NCBI GenBank assembly: GCA_020356065.1
Contig: CP070632.1
Coordinates: 265,284-329,283, forward strand
Reading direction: 5' to 3'
DNA from: Nitrospiraceae bacterium
Lineage (GTDB): Bacteria; Nitrospirota; Thermodesulfovibrionia; UBA6902
Length of the DNA stretch: 64,000 bases
The translations under genes were made by a program, and so were the position numbers. The first letter of the stretch is position 1. Every line of letters begins with the position of its first letter. This document shows positions 9,889 to 20,798 of the stretch, in pieces. The notes under the pieces are model-generated. The model had not been told where the DNA came from and made no database searches. It worked only from the letters and a program-made list of their open reading frames with translations.

Positions 9889-9915
9889 TGCTTGCATTTG
9901 AGTCTATCTGTTTCT

Positions 9916-10635
9916 TTACTTCTTTTTCAAGATTTCATCAATTGCTGCTTTGAAATCTTCGAATGACCTTCTCTGCATTCTCTTGCCATTCAGGAATAAC
10001 GAAGGAGTTCCTGTTACCCCGGCTGTCCTTCCAAGGTTAATGTCCTGCTCGATCAGGTTGTCATATTTGGTGCTGTTGAAATCTGCCTGGAACTTGTTCA
10101 TATCAAGATTCAGTTTCTCAGCAAATTCTTTCATCATCGCTTCATTTACGGTAGAAAATTTCTCAAATATCAGATCATGCATTTCCCAGTATTTACCCTG
10201 CTCCCCTGCTGCACGAGCGGCCTTGGCAGCATTTTTTGCCTGTTTATGAAATGAAAGTGGAAAATCCTTGAATACAAGCTTCACATCATTTGGATAGGCC
10301 TCCAGGACCTGCTTTAACGTCGGCTGCAAACGTGCACAGTAAGGACACTGGAAATCTGAAAATTCAACAATTGTCACAGGTGCTTTTTTATTACCCTTTA
10401 TTGGTGAAGTTCCAATAGGCAGGTTATAGACTTTATTGTAATCGATGGTAGGTCTCGAAGGCTGTGCTGCCGCTTTGGGAAGATTGCCTATTTTTCCTTC
10501 TATGCTCTTTAGTGTGGCCAGCATCTCCTTCTGGGTCTCAGCAATCTCATCAATCTTCTTCTTATCTACACATCCCGTAATCAATAGCGAGATACACAGT
10601 AAAACAAGCACGAACAGATTCGTTCTCTTTGTCAT
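9916..10635 (-). CDS. DsbA-family thiol:disulfide oxidoreductase lipoprotein.
   Basis: 239 aa. Signal peptide with lipobox LITGC, thioredoxin-fold CPYC active site (FSDFQCPYCARL) and DsbA/BdbD-like downstream helices. Confidence 0.75.
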   Translation of the reverse strand: MTKRTNLFVLVLLCISLLITGCVDKKKIDEIAETQKEMLATLKSIEGKIGNLPKAAAQPSRPTIDYNKVYNLPIGTSPIKGNKKAPVTIVEFSDFQCPYCARLQPTLKQVLEAYPNDVKLVFKDFPLSFHKQAKNAAKAARAAGEQGKYWEMHDLIFEKFSTVNEAMMKEFAEKLNLDMNKFQADFNSTKYDNLIEQDINLGRTAGVTGTPSLFLNGKRMQRRSFEDFKAAIDEILKKK

Positions 10636-10914
10636 ACTTCCTCCTTGGATTTATGTGATAAATTTAGTCCTGAATACAACCACCATTTTATCACAATGAC
10701 CTATTAACTTAAAAGACGAGCTAATATCCCGGTGCATAATAAAGGTGATCATATAAAAATTAACGTGAATGTATAAATTTTCTATGAAGAAATTATGAAC
10801 TGCCTGCAAAACCCTTTCCTGTCATACTGATACAATCATTTCTGACTGTCAAATCAATTATGGCTACATATTTTTTGCCAAAGATACAAGAACAGGAAGT
10901 AAAAGCGAAAATAT

Positions 10915-11286
10915 TTATGGAGATAAAACCCTATGTATGATCCTGCTCTCATATTCAGGAAACAGAGCTAAATGCAGAGGCCTGTGTCTTATGTTGTCGA
11001 GACATATTATCTTATAATTAAGTTCACGCAGCTTCCTTAATCTCTCTCTGTCGTTATCAATTATCTGTATAAGAGAGCTCAGATTCATAATCTCTTTTCT
11101 CAACTCAAGCTCCGGAGGTATATAACCGGAGTTTTTCAGTATTCTGTATGAGGCCCTCAGATCATCAGGTATCCAGGACTCATCTTCAAGTTTCAGGGGT
11201 TTGCCTTTGCCCCGAAGATTATCAAGCTCGCCCTTTTCCATGGCCTCACTGATTTTTCTTTCAACTATTGTGCTGAATATGTTCAA
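10915..11286 (-). CDS. DUF1992 (DnaJ-C28-like) domain protein.
   Basis: 123 aa. ...EAMEKGELDNLRGKGKPL...IPPELELRKE..., matching the DUF1992 pattern as recalled. Confidence 0.55.
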   Translation of the reverse strand: MNIFSTIVERKISEAMEKGELDNLRGKGKPLKLEDESWIPDDLRASYRILKNSGYIPPELELRKEIMNLSSLIQIIDNDRERLRKLRELNYKIICLDNIRHRPLHLALFPEYESRIIHRVLSP

Positions 11287-11330
11287 CGGATCCGGCTCCT
11301 GAAATATCGGTTAAAAAATGAAATATCAGA

Positions 11331-11561
11331 TTAATTATACGTATGTTTGATTATTACAACATCCTGCGCCTGAAGCCCACGGCTGCCCTGCACTACAGTA
11401 AATGTTACTGAATCGCCCTCTCTTATTGTACAATCACTTTCATGACACAGTACAGAACTGTAATGTACGTAAAGATCATCTTTACCTTTGCGGGCTATTA
11501 ACCCGTAGCCTTCAATTTCATCATACCACTTAATTACCCCTATTTCACGACCTATTATCAC
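11331..11561 (-). CDS. Cold-shock domain protein with a probable GTG start.
   Basis: GVIKWYDEIEGYGLI...DLYVHYSSV... matches the CspA RNP1/RNP2 pattern. The called ATG start adds about 27 non-homologous residues. An in-frame GTG lies 8 nt after an AGGA. Confidence 0.6.
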   Translation of the reverse strand: MIIGREIGVIKWYDEIEGYGLIARKGKDDLYVHYSSVLCHESDCTIREGDSVTFTVVQGSRGLQAQDVVIIKHTYN

Positions 11562-12004
11562 CAGATATTTCCTGTATATGCATACATTCCTGTTTGAATA
11601 AACATATATGACACGTTCCCTTTTATTAATAATATTCGGCATTTACCCTCTTATACTTTAAATATTTACGTAATTCATTTTACCGTTACACTTTATCATA
11701 CATGGTGAGTTCTGTTCCCATGGTTGCATTGCAAGGAGTCGAGGATTCAAGGGGTCCATGGATCAAGTTTTAAGTGATGGAATAATTTTTTTATAATTTC
11801 ACTCATATCCTTAGAATACTTTGTTTCCTATCTTAAATAACTTTTAAGATCTTTGAATATTGTTAACATTAAATGAGACATTCGTGGAGTAAATATGCAT
11901 TCATAATCCATGGCTTAATCGTGATATACATATTAAACATTTCTGGAAAGATATAAAGAAAGGCATTTCCCCTAAACAGTTCAGAAACTACATATTTTAA
12001 ACAC

Positions 12005-12514
12005 TTATTTCATCTCAACCTTCTTTGCCTTTCTGACAACTTCAGCTGCCATTTTTTTCCTGTATTCTTTCAGGGCATTTGCAAGTCTGGTATCAGTAAG
12101 TCCAAGAATTTGAGCAGCAAAAATCCCGGCATTTTTTGCTCCTCCCTTTCCGACTGCCATTGTAGCAACAGGAATACCCGGGGGCATCTGTACGGTAGAG
12201 TACAGGGCGTCAATCCCATTTAAAGGAGAAGAATCTATGGGAACGCCAATGACAGGGAGAGTTGTATGTGAAGCAACAACACCGGCGAGATGAGCAGCAG
12301 CGCCTGCCCCGGCTATTATGACCCGGATGCCTTCTTTTTCAGAACTCTGTATAAGCTTTAATGTCCTGTCAGGCGTCCTGTGGGCAGAAGATACGGTCAT
12401 TTTGTAAGGTATATTAAATTCCTCTAAAACTGCGGAAGCACCTTCCATTACAGATACATCAGAATCACTCCCCATCAATATAAGCACCATTGCTTTCATA
12501 ATATTATTCTCCAA
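12005..12514 (-). CDS. purE: N5-carboxyaminoimidazole ribonucleotide mutase.
   Basis: [16 protein letters not shown]...RTPDR...[15 protein letters not shown] PurE signature. Confidence 0.85.
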   Translation of the reverse strand: MENNIMKAMVLILMGSDSDVSVMEGASAVLEEFNIPYKMTVSSAHRTPDRTLKLIQSSEKEGIRVIIAGAGAAAHLAGVVASHTTLPVIGVPIDSSPLNGIDALYSTVQMPPGIPVATMAVGKGGAKNAGIFAAQILGLTDTRLANALKEYRKKMAAEVVRKAKKVEMK

Positions 12515-12593
12515 TATAACTGATCTTATAAATGTTGCAAATAGTAGTTAGTAGTTAAGGAAAAATGACGTAAAGTTAACTCCTGCCTCCTAA

Positions 12594-13868
12594 CTACTTT
12601 TTTTTAATTGCTTTATTCCCTATATCCTTCCTGAACTGCATGCCATTAAATTTAATTTTTTCAATCGCCCTGTATACGCTATCCTGTGCAGATGAAATAC
12701 TGTCACCAAGTGCAGTGACACCCAACACACGACCTCCTGAGGTAATAATTTCTCCGTTGTTATGAGTTGTACCAGCATGGAACACTACGACATCCCTGCT
12801 GCCTTTAAAGTGATCAAGTCCTTTAATGACATCTCCTTTTTTATATGAACCCGGATATCCTTCTGATGCAAGGACTACACAAATCGAGACGCCTTCCTTC
12901 CACGTTACATCTATTTCATTCAGTCTCCCTTCAGCAGTAGCTTTTAACACATCAAAGAGGTCAGAATCCAGCCTGAACAATATTGGCTGGGCTTCAGGAT
13001 CACCAAAACGCACATTATATTCAAGCACATATGGCTTTCCTTCACAGATCATCAATCCGACATATATAACCCCCCTGTAATTAATCCTCTCCCTTTCAAG
13101 GCCCTTCATCATCGGATCTATAATTGTCTTCATGACCTCGTTGCTCATTTTGTCTGTTAAAATAGGAGCGGGACTGTACGCACCCATTCCGCCTGTGTTG
13201 GGCCCCTTGTCTCCATCAAATATCTGTTTATGGTCCTGGGACGTTGCCAGCGGAACAACTGTTTTACCATCAGTGAGTATCATGAAGGACGCTTCTTCAC
13301 CTTTGAGACACTGCTCAACAATCACCTTACTGCCTGCCTTGCCAAAGGCCTTATCCTTCATTATTAATTTCAGGGCATCAATAGCTTCATCAACAGTTTC
13401 AGCGACAATCACTCCTTTGCCCGCTGCCAGTCCATCGGCCTTCACAACAATAGGAGCACCCTTAAGTCTTACATATTCTTCTGCCTGGATATAAGAAGAA
13501 AATGTCTTATACTCTGCAGTGGGAATACCGTATTTCTGCATAAAGTCCTTTGCAAACTGTTTACTGCCCTCAAGCCGTGCACCGGCCTTGACAGGCCCGA
13601 AAATTATTCTCTCTTCCTTAATAAAAGCATCGGCTATTCCTTCAGAGAGAGGTGCTTCAGGTCCGACTACCGTAAGGTCGATCCAGTTATATTTCACAAA
13701 ATCAATTAATCCCTCAAAATCGTCAATCCTGATATTTATACATTCGGCAATCTCTGATATCCCGGCGTTTCCCGGTGCACAGTACACCTTATCAACCCTC
13801 GGGCTCTGACTGAGCTTCCATACAAGGGCATGCTCTCTGCCTCCTCCCCCAATGACAAGAACCTTCAT
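12594..13868 (-). CDS. purD: Phosphoribosylamine-glycine ligase.
   Basis: MKVLVIGGGGREHAL N-terminus and ATP-grasp core, 424 aa. Confidence 0.9.
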   Translation of the reverse strand: MKVLVIGGGGREHALVWKLSQSPRVDKVYCAPGNAGISEIAECINIRIDDFEGLIDFVKYNWIDLTVVGPEAPLSEGIADAFIKEERIIFGPVKAGARLEGSKQFAKDFMQKYGIPTAEYKTFSSYIQAEEYVRLKGAPIVVKADGLAAGKGVIVAETVDEAIDALKLIMKDKAFGKAGSKVIVEQCLKGEEASFMILTDGKTVVPLATSQDHKQIFDGDKGPNTGGMGAYSPAPILTDKMSNEVMKTIIDPMMKGLERERINYRGVIYVGLMICEGKPYVLEYNVRFGDPEAQPILFRLDSDLFDVLKATAEGRLNEIDVTWKEGVSICVVLASEGYPGSYKKGDVIKGLDHFKGSRDVVVFHAGTTHNNGEIITSGGRVLGVTALGDSISSAQDSVYRAIEKIKFNGMQFRKDIGNKAIKKK

Positions 13869-13953
13869 TTGATACCTCCCATTAATAAGTGTGAAGTAGA
13901 AAGTAAGATGTGAGAAGTAACTATATATATTTCATTTTCTTACTTCCTACTTG

Positions 13954-13973
13954 ATACTTCTTACTTCGCACTT
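13954..13973. repeat. Purine/pyrimidine-biased 20-mer ATACTTCTTACTTCGCACTT, copy 1, upstream of purD.
   Basis: Identical to 39959-39978 apart from one mismatch. Each copy is followed about 18 nt later by AGTTCT(C/G)AC. It lies in the 5' region of a minus-strand gene. Confidence 0.5.
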
Positions 13974-14013
13974 CCAACTTCTTCGTTCCCAGTTCTCACT
14001 TCTTACTTATTTT

Positions 14014-15588
14014 TTAATGTCTGAAATGTCTCATACCAGTAAATATCATGGCCACATTATGTTCATCGCAGGCAGCGATGGTCTCCTTGTCCTTGATCGA
14101 TCCCCCCGGCTGGATAATCGCAGTTGCACCCGCCTCCGCAACCACATCAATGCCGTCCCGCGCAGGGAAAAATGCATCTGACGCTACAGCCGATCCTTTC
14201 AGAGATATGTTGTAATTGGCGGCCTTCAGGGCAGCCAGTCTTGCAGAGTCGACCCTGCTGGTTTGACCGCATCCAATTCCAAGTGTCCTGTCCCTTGCCG
14301 CATAAATGATAGCATTGGATTTCATATGTTTGCATACTCTCCAGGCATAAGCCATTGCCTCATATTCTTCATCACCCGGCGGTCTCTTTGTAACTACTTC
14401 ACAAGTCTTCAGGTCATGGATCATGCCAAGGTCTCTTTCCTGCAGAAGCAGTCCTCCCTGAATCTTTCGCAATTCAAAACCGGAAACATCTCTCGATATG
14501 TCAAGCTCAAGAAGTCGAATATTTGGTTTTTCGCTGATCAGTTTTAAGGCCCCTTCATCAAAGGAAGGAGCTATTATTATTTCAACAAAGAGGTTCAGGA
14601 TCTCCCGTGCAGTTGCCTCATCAACCGGTCTGTTTAATGAAATTACCCCGCCGAATGCAGAAACAGGGTCTGTCTCAAATGCATGCTTATATGCCTCACT
14701 GATTGTGTCTGCAGAAGCCACACCACAGGGATTATTATGTTTTACAATCACCGCAGTTGGTCTGTCAGTGTATTCTTTAGCCAGGTCAATGACTGCACTG
14801 GAATCGAGGTAATTATTAAAGGACATCTCCTTGCCCTGCAATATCCTTGCATCAACCAGGGAAAGGCCTTCATTCAGGGGCTCCCTGTAAACTGCCGCCT
14901 TCTGGTGAGGGTTTTCTCCATACCTCACATCAGATATTTTTCTATAGCTCTTTGTGAATATCTGCGGGAATGTTTCGTCCTGTCTGCCCTTGGTATTGAG
15001 ATACCCTGATATGAGGGTATCGTACTGGGCTGTATGGGCAAAGACCTTTTTAGCAAGATACAGTTTTGTATCGTAACTGACTTCTCCCCCTCCTGACTTC
15101 ATCTCATCAAGGACCCTTGCATAATCTGAAGGATCAACAACAACCGCAACACTCTTAAAATTCTTTGAGGCAGCCCTTATCATGGTGGGCCCGCCAATAT
15201 CAATGTTCTCTATGGCATCGTCAAAGGACACATCAGGTTTTGATACCGTCTGCTCAAAGGGATAGAGGTTGACAACAACCATATCAATCGATTCAATGCC
15301 GTGTTTTTCTATTTCAGCCCTGTCACTGTCATTGTCTCTCCTCCAGAGAAGACCCCCGTGAATTTTCGGATGAAGTGTTTTAAGTCGCCCATCCATCATT
15401 TCGGGAAAACCTGTATACTCTGATACATCTTTTACATCAATTCCTGCTTCTTTTAACGTCCGTGCAGTTCCGCCTGTCGAGAGTATCTCGACACCAATTC
15501 CATTCAGTTCTTTAGCAAAATCAACTATCCCGCTTTTATCCGAGACGCTGATGAGAGCCCTGTGTACTTTTGACATGTTATCCTCCAA
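14014..15588 (-). CDS. purH: Bifunctional AICAR formyltransferase/IMP cyclohydrolase. The likely start is MSKVH at 15576.
   Basis: [19 protein letters not shown]...STGGTA MGS-like N-domain plus AICARFT C-domain, 520-524 aa. Confidence 0.9.
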   Translation of the reverse strand: MEDNMSKVHRALISVSDKSGIVDFAKELNGIGVEILSTGGTARTLKEAGIDVKDVSEYTGFPEMMDGRLKTLHPKIHGGLLWRRDNDSDRAEIEKHGIESIDMVVVNLYPFEQTVSKPDVSFDDAIENIDIGGPTMIRAASKNFKSVAVVVDPSDYARVLDEMKSGGGEVSYDTKLYLAKKVFAHTAQYDTLISGYLNTKGRQDETFPQIFTKSYRKISDVRYGENPHQKAAVYREPLNEGLSLVDARILQGKEMSFNNYLDSSAVIDLAKEYTDRPTAVIVKHNNPCGVASADTISEAYKHAFETDPVSAFGGVISLNRPVDEATAREILNLFVEIIIAPSFDEGALKLISEKPNIRLLELDISRDVSGFELRKIQGGLLLQERDLGMIHDLKTCEVVTKRPPGDEEYEAMAYAWRVCKHMKSNAIIYAARDRTLGIGCGQTSRVDSARLAALKAANYNISLKGSAVASDAFFPARDGIDVVAEAGATAIIQPGGSIKDKETIAACDEHNVAMIFTGMRHFRH

Positions 15589-15829
15589 AAAATAATATGA
15601 TGATTATAATATTATTGGCATTATAGATTGTCGATATGTATTTATAGAACTGTTTTGATTAAAAACCTGAATTTCGTGTTAACCGACAAGAATTAAATGA
15701 TTATTTGAAGGATCGTCACAGACTCTGCGTCTGCCAATCCAGGGTCGGTAAGACATTTTAGACTATTTAGGCAAAAAAATCATGTGACAGGGGGGTATGT
15801 AGAAAAAAATCCGTTTATCACGTATTACC

Positions 15830-16528
15830 TTATTCCTTAATATACCCTTTTTCCATGAGGCTTACATACGTGCCTTCAGAAATGATAATATGGTCCAGCA
15901 CCTTGATACCCACTAACTTTCCTGTTTCAACGAGCCTCCCTGTTATATCAATATCGTCCCTGCTTGGATGTGTGTCTCCGCTTGGATGATTGTGAATAAA
16001 TAGAATTGAAGCTGCGGCCTCTTTAATGGCATACCTGAACACTTCCCGTGGATGAACAAGTGAGGATGTAAGCGTGCCTTCTGAAACCACCATTTCTATA
16101 ACAACTGAATTTTTTGTATTCAGCAATACACAGAGAAATTTTTCCTTTTTCAGCCCGAAAAAACTTGGCCTGTAATAGTCAAACACATCTCTGCTACTGG
16201 TGAATGACTTTTTTTCCTTATTACACACATCGCATTCCTGCATAAGCCTCTTTCCCAACTCAAGTGCTGCCTTGAGCTGGGAGACCTTTGCGCTTCCCAT
16301 TCCCTTAATGTCTGAAAATTCAGCTATTGCGGCGTCATCGATCTCCCTCAGGCTTTGAAAACAGGTAAGTACTTCCCTGGCAAGCTGGATAGCACTCTTT
16401 CCTTTTCCACCGATCCGCAATATGATTGCCAGAAGCTGGGCAGTAGTCAGGGAACCGGCTCCAAACTTGAGCAGCCTTTCCCGCGGCCTTTCATCTTCAG
16501 GCCACATCCTGATTGCCTTGTATTTCAT
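15830..16528 (-). CDS. radC: RadC-family (JAB/MPN) protein.
   Basis: HNHPSGDTHPSRDD JAMM motif and N-terminal HhH region, 232 aa. Confidence 0.8.
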   Translation of the reverse strand: MKYKAIRMWPEDERPRERLLKFGAGSLTTAQLLAIILRIGGKGKSAIQLAREVLTCFQSLREIDDAAIAEFSDIKGMGSAKVSQLKAALELGKRLMQECDVCNKEKKSFTSSRDVFDYYRPSFFGLKKEKFLCVLLNTKNSVVIEMVVSEGTLTSSLVHPREVFRYAIKEAAASILFIHNHPSGDTHPSRDDIDITGRLVETGKLVGIKVLDHIIISEGTYVSLMEKGYIKE

Positions 16529-16850
16529 CCCTCTAATCCGAACAGTGCTTTTTAATTAAGTAATTTGACAGGATACGCCATGTCCCAAATGACAAATATT
16601 AACACAGCTGCAGTATAATTGCATAACAAATGATGAATAAAGTTCAACTTCCGCCATTACAAAAGAGTTTACAAAAAAACTATCCATGACTACTGTAACT
16701 CATCACTTGTACTGATTTTCATAATTGTACTTATGGCATATGAGACCTATTTGTTAATCATTTAAAAAGGTTTGCATTCTGGCCTGATATTTGCTTATTA
16801 CTTCATAGAAATAACGAACAATAGACAAACATAACTTTGAGGAATTTGAT

Positions 16851-17300
16851 ATGAAACTCCAGCATCACACAGCTTCTTCTTTTTTAATATCAGGCATTTT
16901 ATTCATGATATTTAAATCATGGGGATTGGCCATGGCAAGTTTTCTCTCGGGAGTTTTCATAGATCTTGATCATGTAGCTGATTTTTTTCGGGAATATGGA
17001 TGGTCTTTGGATGTAAAAAAATTCTTCCGTGTCTTCAATAACGGCTGCTTTAAAAAGGTCATCCTTTTGTTACATGGATGGGAGTGGATTTTGTTATGGA
17101 CAGCATTGTCATGGTTGACTTCCTGGAATTTGTGGTTTACAGGGATTCTTATAGGAATCACCCAGCATCTGATTCTTGATACATATTACAATGCACCAAC
17201 TCCCCTGACTTACTCGATATTCTGGAGAATGAGAAGAGGATTTGATCTTGTCGCTACATTCCAGGGCAAGCCGTTCAAACACTTACAAACTGTTCAGTAA
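16851..17300 (+). CDS. Hypothetical polytopic membrane protein.
   Basis: 149 aa, 3-4 predicted TM segments. An IDLDHV motif suggests a YdjM-like membrane hydrolase, but this is weak. Confidence 0.35.
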   Translation: MKLQHHTASSFLISGILFMIFKSWGLAMASFLSGVFIDLDHVADFFREYGWSLDVKKFFRVFNNGCFKKVILLLHGWEWILLWTALSWLTSWNLWFTGILIGITQHLILDTYYNAPTPLTYSIFWRMRRGFDLVATFQGKPFKHLQTVQ

Positions 17301-17488
17301 AAAAATGGGATTTAACAGCCTCAGTTAAATGCCACAACCTCTTTTTCCATTTTTTTTAGATCACTACAAAATCATTTTATCAGCAGATTTTGATGTTATC
17401 CATTGTGAATACCCCATATAGATATTCTTGATTTGAAGCAACTATCATATTCAGAATAAATTTAAATTATGGGTAATGTCCTAAACTA

Positions 17489-18870
17489 CCTGTAAAAAGA
17501 AGAAGGCTTCGGTTATTCTTTTAAAACCAAGAAAACCTTAAAAGAAAGGAAGACCGAAGCCCTATGAGAAAGATACCACCAAGTGAGAAGAATCGCAAGC
17601 AGTTAGAGGAGTTATTAAGCGGGGGAATAGAGGGAGAGAATTTATTGACGGCAGTCATTGAAAAAGGGATGCAAATCATCATGCAGGAGCTGCTGGAGTC
17701 AGAGGCCACGGAATTTCTTCAGCGAGGGCATTATGAGCGGAGGGGATCTGAGGAATTTAGGGGATACCGCAATGGATACGAGCAGCGGAAGATCAGGACG
17801 GCTGAGGGGAAGGTCCCGATAGAGCTGCCGCAGATACGAGAGAGCGTGGAGCCGTTTCGGTCAAAGTTAAAGGAGTTTTTTCGTGGGAATACAGAGTGTT
17901 TGGAGAAGTTGGCGGCAGAGATGTATGCCCGAGGGCTGTCGACGAGGGACATTGAGGATGCGATGATAGAGGCCACAGGAGATATGATTCTGTCAAAGAC
18001 GAGCGTATCGAGAGTGACGGATATCTTCTGGGAGGATTTCGAGCGATTTCAGCAGAGGGACCTGTCAGGGTATAGCGTTGAGTATCTGTTTCTGGATGGG
18101 GTATATGAGAGTGTGCGGAGGTTGGCGGGGATCAAAGAGGCGATACTGGTGGCCTGGGGGATACAGCGTGATGGCAGGAAGGTGTTACTGTCGCTGCGGT
18201 TGGGAAATAAGGAGAGTTATGACAGCTGGCTGGAGATGCTGCGGGACATGGTGAAGCGGGGATTGCGGATACCGGTGAGTATCACGAGTGATGGGGCCCC
18301 GGGAGCAATCAAGGCGATAGAGGCACTCTTTCCGCGATCATTGCGGATACGGTGCTGGGTGCACCGGATGAAGAACTTTTCATTAAAGGTGCCTCCCGTG
18401 ATGTGGCCTGAGCTGAAGGCTGAATTGTATCAGATCAGGGATGCATCAAGTTATGACCAGGGCAAAAAGATGGCCGAGAGTTTTATACAGAGATACAAGA
18501 GGACATATCCGACACTGGTCAGTGCCGTCAGTGATGATCTTGAGGCCTTACTGTCACATCTGAGGTTTCCTATTCGACACAGAAAGAGTGTACGGACGAC
18601 GAATCTGATCGAGCGGAGTTTTGTGGAGGAGAGAAGAAGGACGAAGGTGATTCCGGGATTCTGGACAGAACAGAGTTGTTTAAAGCTGGTGTTCTCGATC
18701 CTGATAAGAGCATCAAAACGATGGAATCAGATAACGATGCAGGATATGGAGTTGAAGCAAATCGATTCCTTGAGAAAAGAACTGAAAATTGATATCGAGA
18801 AAAGTGCATCATTAACTTGTAAAAAGAAAAAGGCGGTGAATGCTTGATACCGAGCCTTCACTTTTACAGG
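17489..18870 (+). mobile_element. IS256-family insertion sequence, about 1.38 kb.
   Basis: Imperfect terminal inverted repeats: CCTGTAAAAAGAAGAAGGCTTCGGT (17489-17513) and ACCGAGCCTTCACTTTTACAGG (18849-18870). They bracket a single IS256-type transposase ORF. The size fits the family. Confidence 0.7.
17564..18847 (+). CDS. IS256-family (mutator-type) transposase.
   Basis: 427 aa. ...ATEFLQRGHYER..., YLFLDGVY..., ITSDGAPG...CWVHRMKN conserved DDE blocks of IS256 transposases. Confidence 0.85.
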   Translation: MRKIPPSEKNRKQLEELLSGGIEGENLLTAVIEKGMQIIMQELLESEATEFLQRGHYERRGSEEFRGYRNGYEQRKIRTAEGKVPIELPQIRESVEPFRSKLKEFFRGNTECLEKLAAEMYARGLSTRDIEDAMIEATGDMILSKTSVSRVTDIFWEDFERFQQRDLSGYSVEYLFLDGVYESVRRLAGIKEAILVAWGIQRDGRKVLLSLRLGNKESYDSWLEMLRDMVKRGLRIPVSITSDGAPGAIKAIEALFPRSLRIRCWVHRMKNFSLKVPPVMWPELKAELYQIRDASSYDQGKKMAESFIQRYKRTYPTLVSAVSDDLEALLSHLRFPIRHRKSVRTTNLIERSFVEERRRTKVIPGFWTEQSCLKLVFSILIRASKRWNQITMQDMELKQIDSLRKELKIDIEKSASLTCKKKKAVNA

Positions 18871-19152
18871 GAATTCGGGACTTGACCAAATTATGAATGA
18901 TAAAGTATAAAAATAAAATTGAGAACTTTATCTAAAAGTCTTCTATCCAAGACTGGTCTTAATCACTGAACATATCAATCGATAATCAATACATAAACAT
19001 CATGTATTGTGCATTTTTTCTTGCAATTTGCAGTCGAAGAGATATACTTTTCATTAACAAATCTTATCAAGCTGAGAAGATCCTTAGAGTCTGGTAATAC
19101 AGGAGTTAAGATGCCTAATTATGAACAAATTTCTAATATTTGAGGAGGCGTT

Positions 19153-19863
19153 ATGAAAGTGGAAGAATTAGAAAAATTCGGAGCAAAGCTCGAAATGCCA
19201 AAGGAATCTATGAAAGAACAATCCAGAATAATGCTGAGAGCTTTACGCAGGAAATTCGGTTTATTGGGAATGCCAGCAGTTTTTAAAGATATATACTTTT
19301 TTCAAAGAAAATTGCGAAAAGAACATCCTGAAACACAAAAAAAAGCTGCTGCTATGGGCGATATTATGGAAAAAGAACTCTTCATATTTTCCGGGTTGTA
19401 TCTGGCATTGGCAAAGAGACTTGGAAGGGGAAATGCCTATGAGTTTTTCAAAACTGAAGTTATAAACGAAATTGCCAAAACATCCATGGCATCACTTTAT
19501 CAGCTTGATGATTTAAAAAAGTGCGAAGGCGATGTTTTTGAGAATTTCAAAAAAATGAATATTGCAATATTCGAAAGAACAACAAAAGACGGTACATGGC
19601 TTATGGATGGCTATGAAAACAAGAAGGACAAGCTCACTATTAAAGTTACTACCTGCACCAATGTTGAGTTGTTTAATGAACTGAATGTCCCTGAACTTGG
19701 AAAATTCGGCTGCGATCACGATTTGGTGGGATATCCTCTTATTGAAAAAGATGTGGATTGTGATTTCCGCAGGTTAAGTACAATAGCAAGCGGCGATGAT
19801 TATTGTCTCTTTGAGTTTTACCGTCGCGGGACAGCACCGGATAATGCGCATCTGAATATTTAA
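19153..19863 (+). CDS. Hypothetical Cys-motif protein, possibly ATC-hydrolase-like.
   Basis: 236 aa. C-terminal TCTNVELF...GCDHD...CDFRR cysteine pattern. The family assignment is from memory only. Confidence 0.35.
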   Translation: MKVEELEKFGAKLEMPKESMKEQSRIMLRALRRKFGLLGMPAVFKDIYFFQRKLRKEHPETQKKAAAMGDIMEKELFIFSGLYLALAKRLGRGNAYEFFKTEVINEIAKTSMASLYQLDDLKKCEGDVFENFKKMNIAIFERTTKDGTWLMDGYENKKDKLTIKVTTCTNVELFNELNVPELGKFGCDHDLVGYPLIEKDVDCDFRRLSTIASGDDYCLFEFYRRGTAPDNAHLNI

Positions 19864-19943
19864 GGGGGTAAGCTGAAGGATAAACCTTCTACCCTGAATC
19901 ACCGGAGAATGCCATTGTGGCAAGAAAAGCTTAAGGAGATCGT

Positions 19944-20798
19944 ATGCATAAAAACAGGCCAAGTATGACCGCGCGCAAGGTTGCCCTGAATATCGTGACC
20001 CTAGGCTCAAAAGAGGGAATGGATAAAATTCTTCCTCCCGGGCTCGTTGATAGTACGGCTGAAATGCTCGTTGCCTCCGAAGCTGTTGGCCCGAGAACGA
20101 TCCGGGTGGCCCGTTCCCGTAGAATAGTCTATGTTTATGAATGGTTTGACTGGATACTGCCAGGTCAATTTGTAGCATTTGCACACAGAAAGGCATTTTG
20201 CGAACACCAGGTAAGAAATGGTATTGCCAGTGGCGCTTCGCAGGTCCTTGTTCTCGGTGCCGGTTATGACACTATGGGTTGGCGACTGGCGCCGGAGTTC
20301 CCCGGAGTGAACTTCTTTGAAATCGACCATCCGGCGACGGCCCGTCTCAAGGCGAGAGGAGTTGAGTCAATGGGACGACGAGATAACCTCTATCTGATAG
20401 CGGAAGATCTGGGCAAAAAGAAACTGGTGGATGTTTTAAGAACCTCAGAGTCATGGGACAAGAACGCAAAAACGGTAATCATAGCCGAAGGGCTTGTAAT
20501 GTACCTGTCTGCTGAAGCAGTAAATGGGTTATTTTCTCAATGTGCTCAAATTGCCGGGGCTGGCAGCCTGATAGCCTTTTCCTATATCCCTACTGGTGCG
20601 GATGGCCGGCCTGATGCCGGTCCGTGGACGGGATTGATGCTCTGGCTTCAGAAGATAGTTGGAGAGCCGTGGACATGGAGCATTCGGCCGGAAGAACTCG
20701 GCCTGTTCCTGGATGAATCAGGCTGGATACATGCCCCGGAGCTGGCGGGCACGGGTGATATGCATGGTGTGGAATTCTATGCTGTGGCTAAAAAATGA
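19944..20798 (+). CDS. Leucine-carboxyl-methyltransferase-family SAM-dependent O-methyltransferase.
   Basis: 284 aa. VLVLGAGYDTMGWRL...EIDHPAT...IIAEGLVMYL, the TIGR00027/LCM-type Rossmann methyltransferase motifs. Confidence 0.65.
   Translation: MHKNRPSMTARKVALNIVTLGSKEGMDKILPPGLVDSTAEMLVASEAVGPRTIRVARSRRIVYVYEWFDWILPGQFVAFAHRKAFCEHQVRNGIASGASQVLVLGAGYDTMGWRLAPEFPGVNFFEIDHPATARLKARGVESMGRRDNLYLIAEDLGKKKLVDVLRTSESWDKNAKTVIIAEGLVMYLSAEAVNGLFSQCAQIAGAGSLIAFSYIPTGADGRPDAGPWTGLMLWLQKIVGEPWTWSIRPEELGLFLDESGWIHAPELAGTGDMHGVEFYAVAKK

Noticed and set aside
9796-9897. N-terminal 34 codons of the called ORF 9367-9897 (-).
   Set aside because: This segment coincides with the stem-loop plus T-tract terminator of the upstream DsbA-like gene. 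The internal Met at 9795 is the more plausible start.
12515-12605. Stem (AGTAGTTAG/CTAACTACT) plus T8 between purE and purD, which looks like a plus-strand terminator.
   Set aside because: Both flanking genes are on the minus strand, where the structure lacks a U-tract. It is probably just purE leader/RBS context.
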